Below, piece after piece: positions 12,896-23,980 of a stretch of DNA of 64,000 nucleotides (the first letter of the stretch is position 1; each line of letters starts with the position of its first letter). The DNA is from Protoeuglena noctilucae (Eukaryota). Both the position numbers and the translations under genes were made by a program. The stretch covers positions 1,488,001 through 1,552,000 of the forward strand of contig OY253671.1 of assembly GCA_958009085.1 (NCBI GenBank), in the 5' to 3' direction. Under the pieces are notes generated by a model. It searched no databases, was not told the origin of the DNA, and saw nothing but the letters and a program-made list of their open reading frames with translations.

Positions 12896-15863
12896 ATGTT
12901 CGCGAGCGGGACTTCGGGTCTAGCCACCACGGCTAACCATCCCGCGCGCCGGCTGGGCCCCACCTCCTCCGTCGGCGCCTCCTGCTCCGGTCGATCCTAT
13001 GTGATTGCGCACGCACCCCCTGTTTCCCACGCGGGCGGCCGCAACCGGGTGTTCGCCCGGTCCCGTATCTCGGTCGGGGCGACGTCCCGCGCGACAACGG
13101 CGGGCGCATTCCCCCTGTCGGAGCCCCGACGAGACGGTGCTAAGAAACCTCGCATCGTCGTCGCTGGCGGGGGCATCGGCGGGCTCGTGTTCGCTGCCGC
13201 GGCGTTGTCCAAGGTGCGGCTTCGGGACGGGCGCAATCGTGTCCGGGGGCCCGCGCGCGGCTTCGCGGCGACACCGTGCGGCGCGACGGGGTATCCTCTG
13301 CCGGATTGCACCGCGCTGCATTCCCCCACCGCGAGAGGCGGCGTTTCCAGTCGGTTTCCCATGCCCCCTGCCTCGCGGGCGTTTTCTTCACCTCAGCTGG
13401 CCCCACGACCCCCCTGCGGCACGATAGCGTTTCATCTACATGAAACGCTGCGCTCCGCGCTGTATCCGGCGCCGGGGCCTGCCCCGGCGGCCCTGCTGGT
13501 GGGCGCGATGTGTCGCCGTGGACGGTAGCCCATGCGTGCGCCCCGCGTCCCGCCCGCGCAGGGATACAATGTCGTCGTGCTTGAGCGTGACCTGACGGCC
13601 ATCCGCGGCGAGGGCAAGTACCGGGGTCCCATCCAAATCCAGTCCAACGCGCTCGCCACGCTGGAGGCGGTGGACCCAGAGGCAAGGCCGCGCGCCCGCG
13701 CCCTCTGCGTTCGAACGACCCTCGCGTTACCTCTGGCGACTCACGGATCACTACTTCCGCGACCGCAGCTGGCCGAGGAGGTGCTGAGGGAGGGGTGCAT
13801 CACGGGGGACCGCATCAATGGCCTGTGCGACGGCCTGACGGGCGACTGGTACTGCAAGTTCGACACCTTCCACCCCGCCGCCGACCGCGGCATCCCCGTG
13901 ACGCGCGTCATCTCCCGGATGAAGCTCCAGGAGATCCTTGCCCACACGTGCCAGCGCCTGGCGGGCAAGGACGTCATCGTCAGCGGCGTCCAGGTCGTGC
14001 GGTACGAGAACCGGGGCGACTCCGTGGTGAGTGACAAGTCAGATACATGGTATCGCTGATTGGCAGACTGTGCTATCAGAGCTACATCGACACTCTTGCC
14101 CCCATCTCAGGTGGCCGTGACCGACACGGGCGTGGAGTACGAGGGCGACGTGTTGGTGGGCGCGGACGGCATCTGGTCCAAGGTCCGCGAGCAGATGGTG
14201 GGGAAGACGCAGGCCCACTTCAGCGGCTACACGTGCTACACGGGCATCTCGGACTTCTGCCCCCCGGACATCGACACGGTCGGCTACCGCGTCTTCCTGG
14301 GCCACGGGCGCTACTTCGTGTCCTCGGACGTAGGCGATGGCAAGATGCAGTGGTACGCGTTCCATGAGGAGAAGGCCGGGGGCACGGACCCAGAGGTGCG
14401 TTGCTATGGGGACGACACGCGTGGCCGGGTGGCATCACCCCGTGTCAGGCTGACTCGACGGGTAGCAGCTGGGGCAGGCCCGTAGCTAGCGTGGCTGCGG
14501 CCGGTACCCGTGCGCGCGGCCTCAGCGCCAGTGCCACCCTCCACCCACCTTTGCCCCCTTCGTGCCTTTGCAGGGTACCCGCAAGGAGCGCCTGATGCGC
14601 ATCTTTGGGGATTGGTGCGACAACGTCACGGACCTCATCCGCGCCACGCCGGAGGAGGATGTGCTGCGGCGGGACATCTACGACCGCCCGCCCATCTTCC
14701 AGTGGGTGGATGGGCGCGTGACGCTGCTGGGCGACGCGGCGCACGCCATGCAGCCCAACCAGGGCCAGGGCGGGTGCATGGCCATCGAAGACGCCTTCGT
14801 GCTCGCGGAGGAGCTGGAGCGGTGCTTCGAGGGCGCCGCGGCGGCGGGGGCCACGGCCAAGGGCGTGACGGCATCGCTGCGCGCCTACCACTCGCGCCGC
14901 ATGATGCGGGCGGCCACGATCCACGGCATGGCCCGCATGGCGGCCTTCATGGCCAGCACCTACAGGACGCACCTGGGCGAGGGCATGGGGCCTCTCGAGG
15001 CCCTCACGCGGCTGCGCATCCCGCACCCGGGGCGCATGGCCGGCCGGCTGGCCATGCTCCTCTCCATGCCTGCTGTCCTCGACTGGGTGCTCGGCGGCTT
15101 CTCCCCCGCCATCAACCGCGAGCGCCCCGTCGCGTGCCGCCTGGGCGACCTGCCCCACGTGCTCCCGCGGGACAAGCTGGGCTTCCTCCGCCTCATGTTT
15201 GACGACGACCGCCTCCTTGCCCAGGCCCGGTGCGACTGGGTCCTCGTCCCGGGGGCGCAGACGGCGCGCGGGCTCGACACGGCCTACCGCCCCGTGCAGG
15301 GCCGGGACCTGGGCACCACGGGCGCTCGCGTCGACACGCTCTACCGGGGCCCCGTGGAGCTCTACGCTGCCGGCCACGCCCTGTCCGCCGCGGGCGCGGG
15401 GCAGCCCGTCGCGGTCATCGACCGGTGCAAGGTGAGACGGGGAAGCATGGCTGTGGCACAGTCATGGCGACTTGACACGAACCGGTGTGTCAAGCTTCTC
15501 ATGTTCATTGTTTGTGGAGGGTCGAGTTAGGTGGCCCTATCCCTTCTCACCTCCGCTCGCGTCTCGCCATCGCAGGGCAGCGGCCTCTTCGAGGTGAAGC
15601 CCAAGACGAGGGCGGTGTGGGTGCGCAGCCACACGGCGGGGACGGTACGGGTGGACCCCGGGTCCCGGCTTGTGCTGCACCCGGGGGACGAGCTGTGCCT
15701 GGCGAGCGACGCGGCGCCGGCCGACACGCTGGTGGTGAAGAACCGCCATGTGGCCCAGCGCCCCACCGCGCCGGCCAGGGCACAAGAGGCGGTGCCCGGA
15801 ATGGCGGTGGCTGGCAAGGCCTACTCGTACGCGGCGGAGGGGCAGGCGCCGCTGGCGTTGTGA
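12896..15863 (+). CDS. ZEP: Zeaxanthin epoxidase; exons 12896-13213, 13562-13681, 13769-14026, 14111-14395, 14574-15431, 15576-15863
   Basis: Motifs IVVAGGGIGGLV, AIRGEGKYRGPIQIQSNALA, GCITGDRINGL, DVLVGADGIWSKVR, SGYTCYTG, LLGDAAHAMQPNQGQGGCMAIED, RIPHPGR; degenerate FHA-like end (LHPGD). Confidence 0.95.
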
Positions 15864-16074
15864 GGAATCGAGGCATTTCTGTAACTCTCTCCGGACTATG
15901 CCGTTTTTGCAGGGCAGGGCTCAGCCCAGTGAGCCTGCCCGCTGTCCATGACCCGTCAGGGCGAGGTTTGAACAAGCAGTATGAAGTGCTACGCGGAACG
16001 TCGCAGCCGTGTCAGCGTGCGCGTGCATGACACTATGTAGGGTCAAAGGCATGTGCAGACGCACCACCATCGTG

Positions 16075-17046
16075 TCACGTGGTGAAGGACTCCCCACAAC
16101 CGCACGACCCCTTGGCGTTGGGGTTCTGGAACACGAACTCCCGCTTGATGCGATTCTCCACAAAGTCCATCTGCGGGTTGAGGAGAGAGGGTCTGGATTG
16201 CATTGGCACACACGTGGTAGTGCACGCTCGTCCCAGCCGAAGCCAGAGCCGCTGCGCACCTTGGTCCCGAGGACGTGCATGAGCGCAGTTGGCTCGATGA
16301 TCACTCGCACTCCATGGTCCTCATAAACCTGCGCCGGGAAAGGGCTCGCAGTGAGGGGTCAGGGCTCATGGCTTATCCGACTCGCGTCAGCTTGCTTGAG
16401 CCACACAAGCGAAAGGCAGGCCGCACGCCGTCTCTACGCCCGCCGCCACTCGCCTCATCGAACTTCCCGGGCTCGTCGGCGTAGTTGAGCGTGTAGCTCA
16501 GCCCATTACAGCCGCGGCGCTTGACGCCCAGCTTGAGGTACCCCTTGCCCCGCGCCTGCAACAGCTCCCGGAGCCGGGAGGCCGCCGCGTCCGTCAGTTC
16601 GATCGCCTTGACTTGCAACTTGAGCTCCCTGCGATGACGGACGCCGAAGGGCGGGTAGGAGATTTCCTCGCAAGGGAAAACGCTCCTCCCCGGGCGCAAC
16701 GATGCGGATTCAGCCCGGAAGACGAGGACGACGCAGCCGAGGAATCAAGGAGACACGGCGAATGGCTCCGCGTGCGCTGCACTCATCGGTGGAGCCCCCA
16801 CGTGCGGAACCTCGTCGTGGCTCACCTTCGGCGTGAAGTGGGCTCCTCGACCTTGGGCTGGGCGTAGAAGCGCGACTGCTGGCCCGTCGTCGTCCTGTCG
16901 GACGCGAACCCCCGCAAGCGCAGCAGCGTGTGAGCCGTGCAAGGCACGGAATAGCTGGTGCTCGCAGCCGCGGCACCCCACAGGGGCGCCGCCTGGCCCA
17001 CCGCCATCCCTATCAAACGCACGGCGCTGGCGACCGAGCGCTCCAT
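16075..17046 (-). CDS. IscA/ISA1-type iron-sulfur cluster assembly protein, likely mitochondrial; exons 17046-16826, 16628-16454, 16328-16260, 16170-16075
   Basis: Motifs [55 protein letters not shown]. Confidence 0.93.
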
Positions 17047-17423
17047 CCCGGCCAGCCTCTCCCGCTGTCTCAAAGGGTTCACTGCCACCAATTCACGGTG
17101 TGGGGTGCCGAGGTTCCGCGCCTGGAAAGGCCGAGTAGCACGACACGCGCAGAATGGAAACTTGCTGCACTGGCGACGCGGCTGTGGGCGCACGGCCGGA
17201 CGAATGGGCCATCCGGCGAAACCTCGGACTGGCGCCGGTTGGGCTTCCCGACTCTGAGCAGTTCTGGGCGGTCTCGTCGGTCTCTTGTGTGCAACTGAGT
17301 GCCACCGTGCGTCTCCTTGCTACTCGCAACCCTCCCTAACGACGAGGGAGTGCAAACCCGCGCGTTCTCCGCACGTCTTTGGTTACCAGTGCACATTGAT
17401 CCTGTCGCTGACTTTGTGAAGTC

Positions 17424-18668
17424 ATGGAGGGGGTTGGTATGCTGCGCATCCCCGCGCCATGCGCGCTGCTTCACAGGCGTGCTGCGAGCACCACACGCCG
17501 CCCCCCCTGCTCGCGCCGGGGCCGAGCCCCTCCCGCAATGATCGAGGACGTAGAGACGTGTCGGTTGTGCAGATCGCGGCGGCCATCGCTGATGCGCGCC
17601 CGCGCTGGGCGAGGGGGCGGGGGTCCATCCATGGCGAGTGGCCATCCCCTGGCTTCGGGCTCCCTGGGCGTCAGACGAACCTCACGATCGAATCGCTGCG
17701 CCTCCGCAGGATCCCCTGGCGGCCCTGCTGCCTGCGGTGCTGCTTGCCTCCGCAGCCATCACGGTGGTGGCGCAGCGCCCGCTTCTGGTGCAGGAGGTGT
17801 TGTTGAACGTTGCGCCACTAAACGCGCCCTTCTCTCTCGGCGACACCGCGGCGGTGCTCCTGTGGAGCGCGTCGCTGTGGTTCGTCTCCCCCTGGCAGCT
17901 GCTGCTGCTCTTCTTGGGGAAGGTGGAGACCGAGCGCCCTTCCGACTGGCTCCTGTCCCGGCTGGCGGCGGCAGCGGGCATCGACACCTCATCGCCGAGC
18001 TACGCGCATCCCCCGGCGCTGGTCGCCGCTGCGGGCGCTTTAACTCTCCTGGGCGGGGCGGGCGTGGCTGGGGCCCTGACCTGGTCCCTGCAGGGTGAGC
18101 GTGGTGACTGTAGCGAACAAGTGGGCTAAGTGGACTGGTCCATGCACAGCTAGTGATAAGTTAAGTGACACGTCCCACCTTTGCACCACACCTCACAGAC
18201 TGACTGCCCCCATCGCACCCCGACACAACCACCACCCGCACCGCACCGCACCAAACCATCCGCACTCACCATACCCCCTCTCCCTGCGTTCTCTCAGACG
18301 CCACCTGGGGCGTGAGCACGGGCATCGGGTCCCTTCTCCTCGCGGGCGTTTACGAGGTGGGTCGGCCCAAGCGCCTGAGTCCCGAAGAGGCAGAGGCAGT
18401 CGAAGCTCGGTGGCGCGACTTTGTCGATTGGGCGGACGTCGCGTTGGAGCAGACCGGGTGATGCCACGAGTCTGAGGTCTTCCGTGCTTACCGCGCAAGG
18501 CCGGGGAAGGGGTTGCGAGCGGAGGGGGCGGGTGCGGATGACCTGGCGTTGCGGGAGATGGTGCGAGCGTGGGCGCCCGGGGCGTCGCGGACCTCTCAGG
18601 GCTTCCTTAAGGGCGTAAGTCTCAAGTCTCGCATCGATCCCTTCACGGGGCAGCGGGTGGGGGGATGA
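17424..18668 (+). CDS. Membrane protein of unknown function, probably plastid; exons 17424-17633, 17710-18094, 18298-18668; in-frame TGA at 18459-18461
   Basis: Transit-like N-terminus; hydrophobic segments (SLWFVSPWQLLLLFLG, DATWGVSTGIGSLLLAGVYEVGRP); the frame continues 68 sense codons past the TGA. Confidence 0.6.
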
Positions 18669-19020
18669 TGTAGTACAGCTATGTCATGCTGGCCGATGAG
18701 GGGACGGTGCTTTTGTACCATATGTACCAGAGCATGTTGATATCAGATGTTTGTATGACACGTTGCATGGATCCTAAGAAGCCCCGCTCTGAGCTTCTCT
18801 GTGGTTTTTCTTCTACGCGCCCTCTACGCTCGCTCGCCAATCGTGCTCGCCATGGGTGCTGGCAACGATTTGAACCGCACCATTTAAGCAGCCTGGGCAG
18901 CTGTGCAGCTGGGCAACGTTGCGGGCTCACTCTAAGCAGAAAGATGGTGATGAAGCACACAAGGTGCTGAAAGCACACAGAAGCATCAAACACATGACAA
19001 CTCCCAAGCAAGCTAAGCCC

Positions 19021-22000
19021 TCACGCGTCCGAGTCGTAAGCGGCCGTGCAAGCGCTGCCCCGGTCCCCCTCCCCCTCGCTCTCCGCCTTCACCGACCCCC
19101 GCCCCCGCTCCCTGCCCCGCTCCCTCTTCCGCCCCCCGCCCTCGCTTTTAGCGTTGTTACCCCGCCCTCCCCCGGACGGCCCCAGAGCCCGCACCTCTTG
19201 CTGCACCGACGGCGGCAGCGTGGCGACGGCCGGCAGCGTGCCCGTGGGCATCGGGGGCGGGTGTGGGTGGCCTTGTGCCTCTAGCGCCGCCAGCACGATG
19301 GTCTGCTCGTGCTCCAACACCTCTGCATGTCAAAACGAACAATGAGGGATATTGTATTAGTAATATCAGTAATAAGACATAGAAACACACCTACAGGCGC
19401 AGTTGACGAGCTGAGACGGACTGCCGATGCTGGGGTAGCAGATGGTACCATCCCACGCACCTCTCACGAGGGCTGGTTCATCATCTCAATGGGTCTATCA
19501 ATCGTGCAACATACCAATAGGTCTACTATAACCATGACTACCTCCCCCACCCTTCACGCACCTCTCACGAGCGCGAGCGCGTCGTAGCAGTGGTCGACCA
19601 TCGCGTCCACCGGCATCCCCTGCACCTCCGCCATCGCCACCCCGCGCTCCACCGCCGCCTCCAGAGCCCCCAGCGCCCGTACCGCCGCCTCCCCGTGTGC
19701 GCGCGAGGGCAGCTGGGCCACCAATGGCCGCGTGCCGCCCCGCAGGCACTCGCAGGCCTGGCGATGGAAGTCCTGCCACGCCCGCAGCAGGGGTTGCAGC
19801 TGGCTGGAGGGCGTGACCTGGCAGCACTGCCTGCGGGGAGGGGAGGGGGGGGGAGGGGCGAGAGATGAGGGGGTGGGGTGGGGTGGGGAGACATGGGTGG
19901 TGGATGACATGCAATGACGATGGCTGAACAGAGACACAGCAATGGTATCACGCTTGGTCTTCGCATCCCATCATATAACTGGTCACGCGACTCTCACTGG
20001 TCAGTTGTCATTGCGATGGTCATTGCCGTGTTTGTCGATGATTGATAGTCCCATTCACCACGCGTGACTCCTCACCGCAGTGCCCTCTCATGCAACTGCC
20101 ACACTCCCACCACTGCCACATGACACTCACCGCAGAGCCCTCTCCCAGGGCTGCGGCACCCCGGCTGCCGGTCCCTGGAACATGAGCATGGCGTGCTTGA
20201 GCTGCAGGATCAGAGCCGCCGCCTCCGCCACCGCCTCGCACCCCCGCACCGCCCTCCGCCACGCCGCCCGCCGCCCCTTCCACGTGGCCAGCACGCAGGG
20301 CCAGGGGACCTTCTCTTCCAAATCCAGCAACTCCGCACGCAACTGCGATTTGAATAGGGGATGTGAATGGAATCATAGAGAGGGACCTTCTCTTCCAGGT
20401 CCAGCAACTCCGCGCGCAGCTGCGATGAGGGATGTGAATAGGTGATTGTGAGGTGAGGCATTGACAGGGACCTTCTCTTCCCTCCCCCTCTTCTGCCTCT
20501 CAACACTGCACCCATACACCCATACACCCACACCACCCCACCTCTCACCTGCCCCAGCGGGTCCCTTCCCCTCTTCTGCCGCCTCCTCCGCGCCCCCTCC
20601 GTCGCCGCCCCTCCCTCCGACGACCCCTCCTCCATATCCTCTGACACCTCCTCCGAAACGTCAGAGACGTCCGACGCGTCAGAAACCTCCACGTCCGACG
20701 ACCCGGACGACGACCCCGCGTCGCTGCCGGGATCCGAACCGGTATCCGATTCCTCCGAATTCCTCTCCATATCCGCAACGGCGTCCGACCCGCGCTCCCC
20801 CGCACCCGCGCTCTCCCCCACCGCCTCGCCCGCCTTGCCCACCCCCCCACGCCCCCCTGCTCCCCCCACCCGCACCACCCCAGGCCCCGCCCTGCGATTG
20901 GCCCCAGCCTCCACCGTCGCTAACACAGGTGGCCGCCGCGACCCCCGCATTCCCCCATTCCCTGCCTCTGCCTCTGTTGCTGCCGCTGTCGCTGCCACCG
21001 CTGGCCCGCCATCCTCGCCCTCTCCCTCCCCACGCTCGGAGGGGGGCTGGGACGTCGACGCCGCCGGGGCCGCTGAGGGAAAATGGCAAAGAAAGTATGG
21101 ATTGTGTGGATTATATATGATAGTATAAGCATTTGTAATGCGATTGCTTCTCATGCAGTGCACTTGCACACACCCCCACACCCACACCTGGGCTGCCCTC
21201 GCCCCCACTCCGCGACCTCCCCCGCCCCCGCTTCCACCCCCCAGGGCTGCCCCCCTCCCCCACCTCCCCACCCTCCGCCTTTCGCTTTCCAGCCCCACCC
21301 CTGCCCCTGCCTCTGCCCCTCCCACGCCCCCCACCACCCCCACCGCCCCTCCCCTCCATCCCCGCAGCTGACCCTGTTGCCACCCCGCCACCTTCCCCGG
21401 ACTTGGCCTGCAGAGCGGCGCTGGCGGCGGCTGCGGGCGGTGGGATGGGGTGGCGATGAAAGGGGTTGACGGAGAGCGGCAGTGGCCGAGAATAGCGGGG
21501 GTGAACAAGGGGGGTGGCTGGGGTAGGGTGTTAGCATAGGTACAAACCGTAGCCACATCATCGCATTCTTCACGCACCCGAGGGTGGGACGGGGATGGGG
21601 ACGGGGACCGGGGGGGCAGGGGCGGTCGACGTGGTTGTGGCCGCGGCTGGCTTGGCCTGCATGGGATGGGGAGGAGAGGGGCTTTGGTGATGAGTCGTGA
21701 CTCTTCGCATGTCATTATGAAGTCATATTACTCGGATCAGACACTGCGAGCACCATCCAATCCCGGTGCCACCACTATGCCATCACAATGCGATGTTCAA
21801 TAGATGCCAGCCACCCTTTTCCCCACTCACCGCCTCTGCTTCCGCATCGCCTGCTTTGGCCGCGGCCGGCGGAGCGGTGGCGGTGGCGGTGGCTGGGGCG
21901 GGGGATGGAGAGGCTGAGGCAATGGGCGCACCCTGCAGCAGAGATGGGCAGAGATGGGGATGTTAAGATGCAGGACAGCGAAGGGCGACAGCAACTCAGT

Positions 22001-23631
22001 GGATGCGGCAGGAGATGGGCTCGTATGGCGTGGCAACTGAGGCTAACCCAGCAGCCCCTTACCTGTGGTGCTGCCCGCACTGTTCCCAGCCCCTCACCTG
22101 CGTTGCTGCTTGCATTGATGCTTGCGTTGCTGCTTGCATTGCTGCTTGCGTCGCTGCATGTGCTGCTGCCTGCGTCGCGGGTGCCGCCTGCGGTGTGGCG
22201 TGCCCCACCGCCTGTGCCAGGGTGGTGGCGGGGCCGGGCATGACGGCGAACCCCAACGGACGCGGACCCACGGCGCTGCGGGGGTGCAAGGGGCGGGGTG
22301 AGTGTCGTTACAGCGTCACTTACAAGGCGGTGCAATTAATGAGGTAGATGGTCGATACTGGTTGTGGGGAGTGTTGTGCGCAGGAGCGCTGGTGTGACAA
22401 AGACCTCTTGGTATTTCATCCAACCAGTTAATTCCACACACCACTCGTGTGGATAGCACATACGACCTGTTTTATGACGCCCACAATGCAGCACCACCCT
22501 CGTACGCAGCTCACCTCAGTGCCGGCAGCAGGGGCATCCCCGCCAGGTTCGGGAGGCCTTGGATGTTGGGGTGGCCACCGGGAAAGACACCGCCGAGGAT
22601 GGTCTGCGGAGAGTTACAGGAAACATGCTATATTATATGAACATGGTGGCCATAGATGCTACAACCCCGACCGTGCCGTGCGGTGCGGGGCAGTCGGGCG
22701 ATCGGTGGCTGTGAGGGGCAAAGGGTGCGGTTGAGGTACACAGCTACCTGCGTTACTGTCACAAACAATCTCTTTCTCTTTCCTCTCACCATGGTGACGG
22801 GCGTGAGGTTGGGGATGCCCCGGATGGCAACTGAGACCAGGCCACCCCCCTGCATGCCCAGATCAGTGGCGTTGACCAGCTGCGTCACGCTGGGGAGGCC
22901 CGCGGGGAGACCGTGAGGCATTCTGCGGGATCGGAGGGGCGGCGGGGGGGTGCAACGAGAGACAGTCGACGTGTTGGGAAGCATACAGCGATCGCGGGAC
23001 ACGCACCCGAGGCCCATGGCCTGCAGACCGATTGGCTGCATGTTAGGACGAGGCATCGCGGGCAGTCCAGGCAGCGCGGGGAACATGGGCGCCGGAACAG
23101 TCATGCCCGGCGGGACGGGGGTGGCGCCCAGCCCAGGGGGGCGGGCCGGAGGCGCCGTCGTCGCGGTCGCCTGAGCCGCGCTGCAGATACAGGACAGTTG
23201 GCGGCGGGTAAGCGAGGGAAATTGCACAGAGGCAACAGGGTGGGGGGTAGCAATTTGGCGATTTCCAGTGCCGATTGCTCGAGCGCGGAGGCGCGGCGGG
23301 CAGTGCCGATGCCGTCCGCGCATAAATGACCTCCAAAGCATCCTGGTCCCGACACGGCGCCAGCGGCCATGGGACGCCGGGGCGGGAGGAGGGTCGTGCG
23401 CGTCGACTCTGTTACAGGGCCGCCTGGGCCACGGCGGGCCACGCCGACGCGCACCTGGGCGGGACAGGCTCTGGGACCTCCGTCTTGACCACATCCTGCT
23501 TCTCCTCGGCGACGCTGGGCTTAATCTCGTCCGGCATTGCTCGTGTGCCGACTCCACCACGCGTACCGCGCGGGATACGCCACGACGAGGCTGCCGAGTC
23601 ACTGTGGCTTCACCCTCTTTGCTCTGAGCAT
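19021..23631 (-). CDS. Multi-exon hypothetical protein with Pro/Ala/Gln-rich N-terminus, acidic region and a WHIM/WSD-like helical segment
   Basis: Spliceable exons; segment LRAELLDLEEKVPW...WKGRRAAWRRAV...LILQL resembles WHIM3-type motifs (inference); boundaries approximate. Confidence 0.45.
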
Positions 23632-23980
23632 GCCCTTCACCAGGTTGGCACGAGCGATGGGTCAAAAAGGAAGCGGTGGAGACGGGAACTCCGAATCTCA
23701 ACCGAAGGGTACGTGAAGCACACCGGCAGTGCATTTGCATCGCAAGTGAGAGGCAGGAGGAGGACGCGCACCTTTTGTCCGCCAGCGCTGGCGGCACGGG
23801 CAGCGCAGCGCCAGTTGCACCAGCCGACTGATCACGCGAGCGCACGGGTCCCCAGACGACGCATTCCGCCAAACCGCCATCGCTCCATTGCAGATTGAGT
23901 CCGGTTGCCGCACTATCTCCCCGCAGCGGATCGTCCTTGACCTCATTCCCCCTGCAAACTTCAGACCCACTTCTTGGCTC

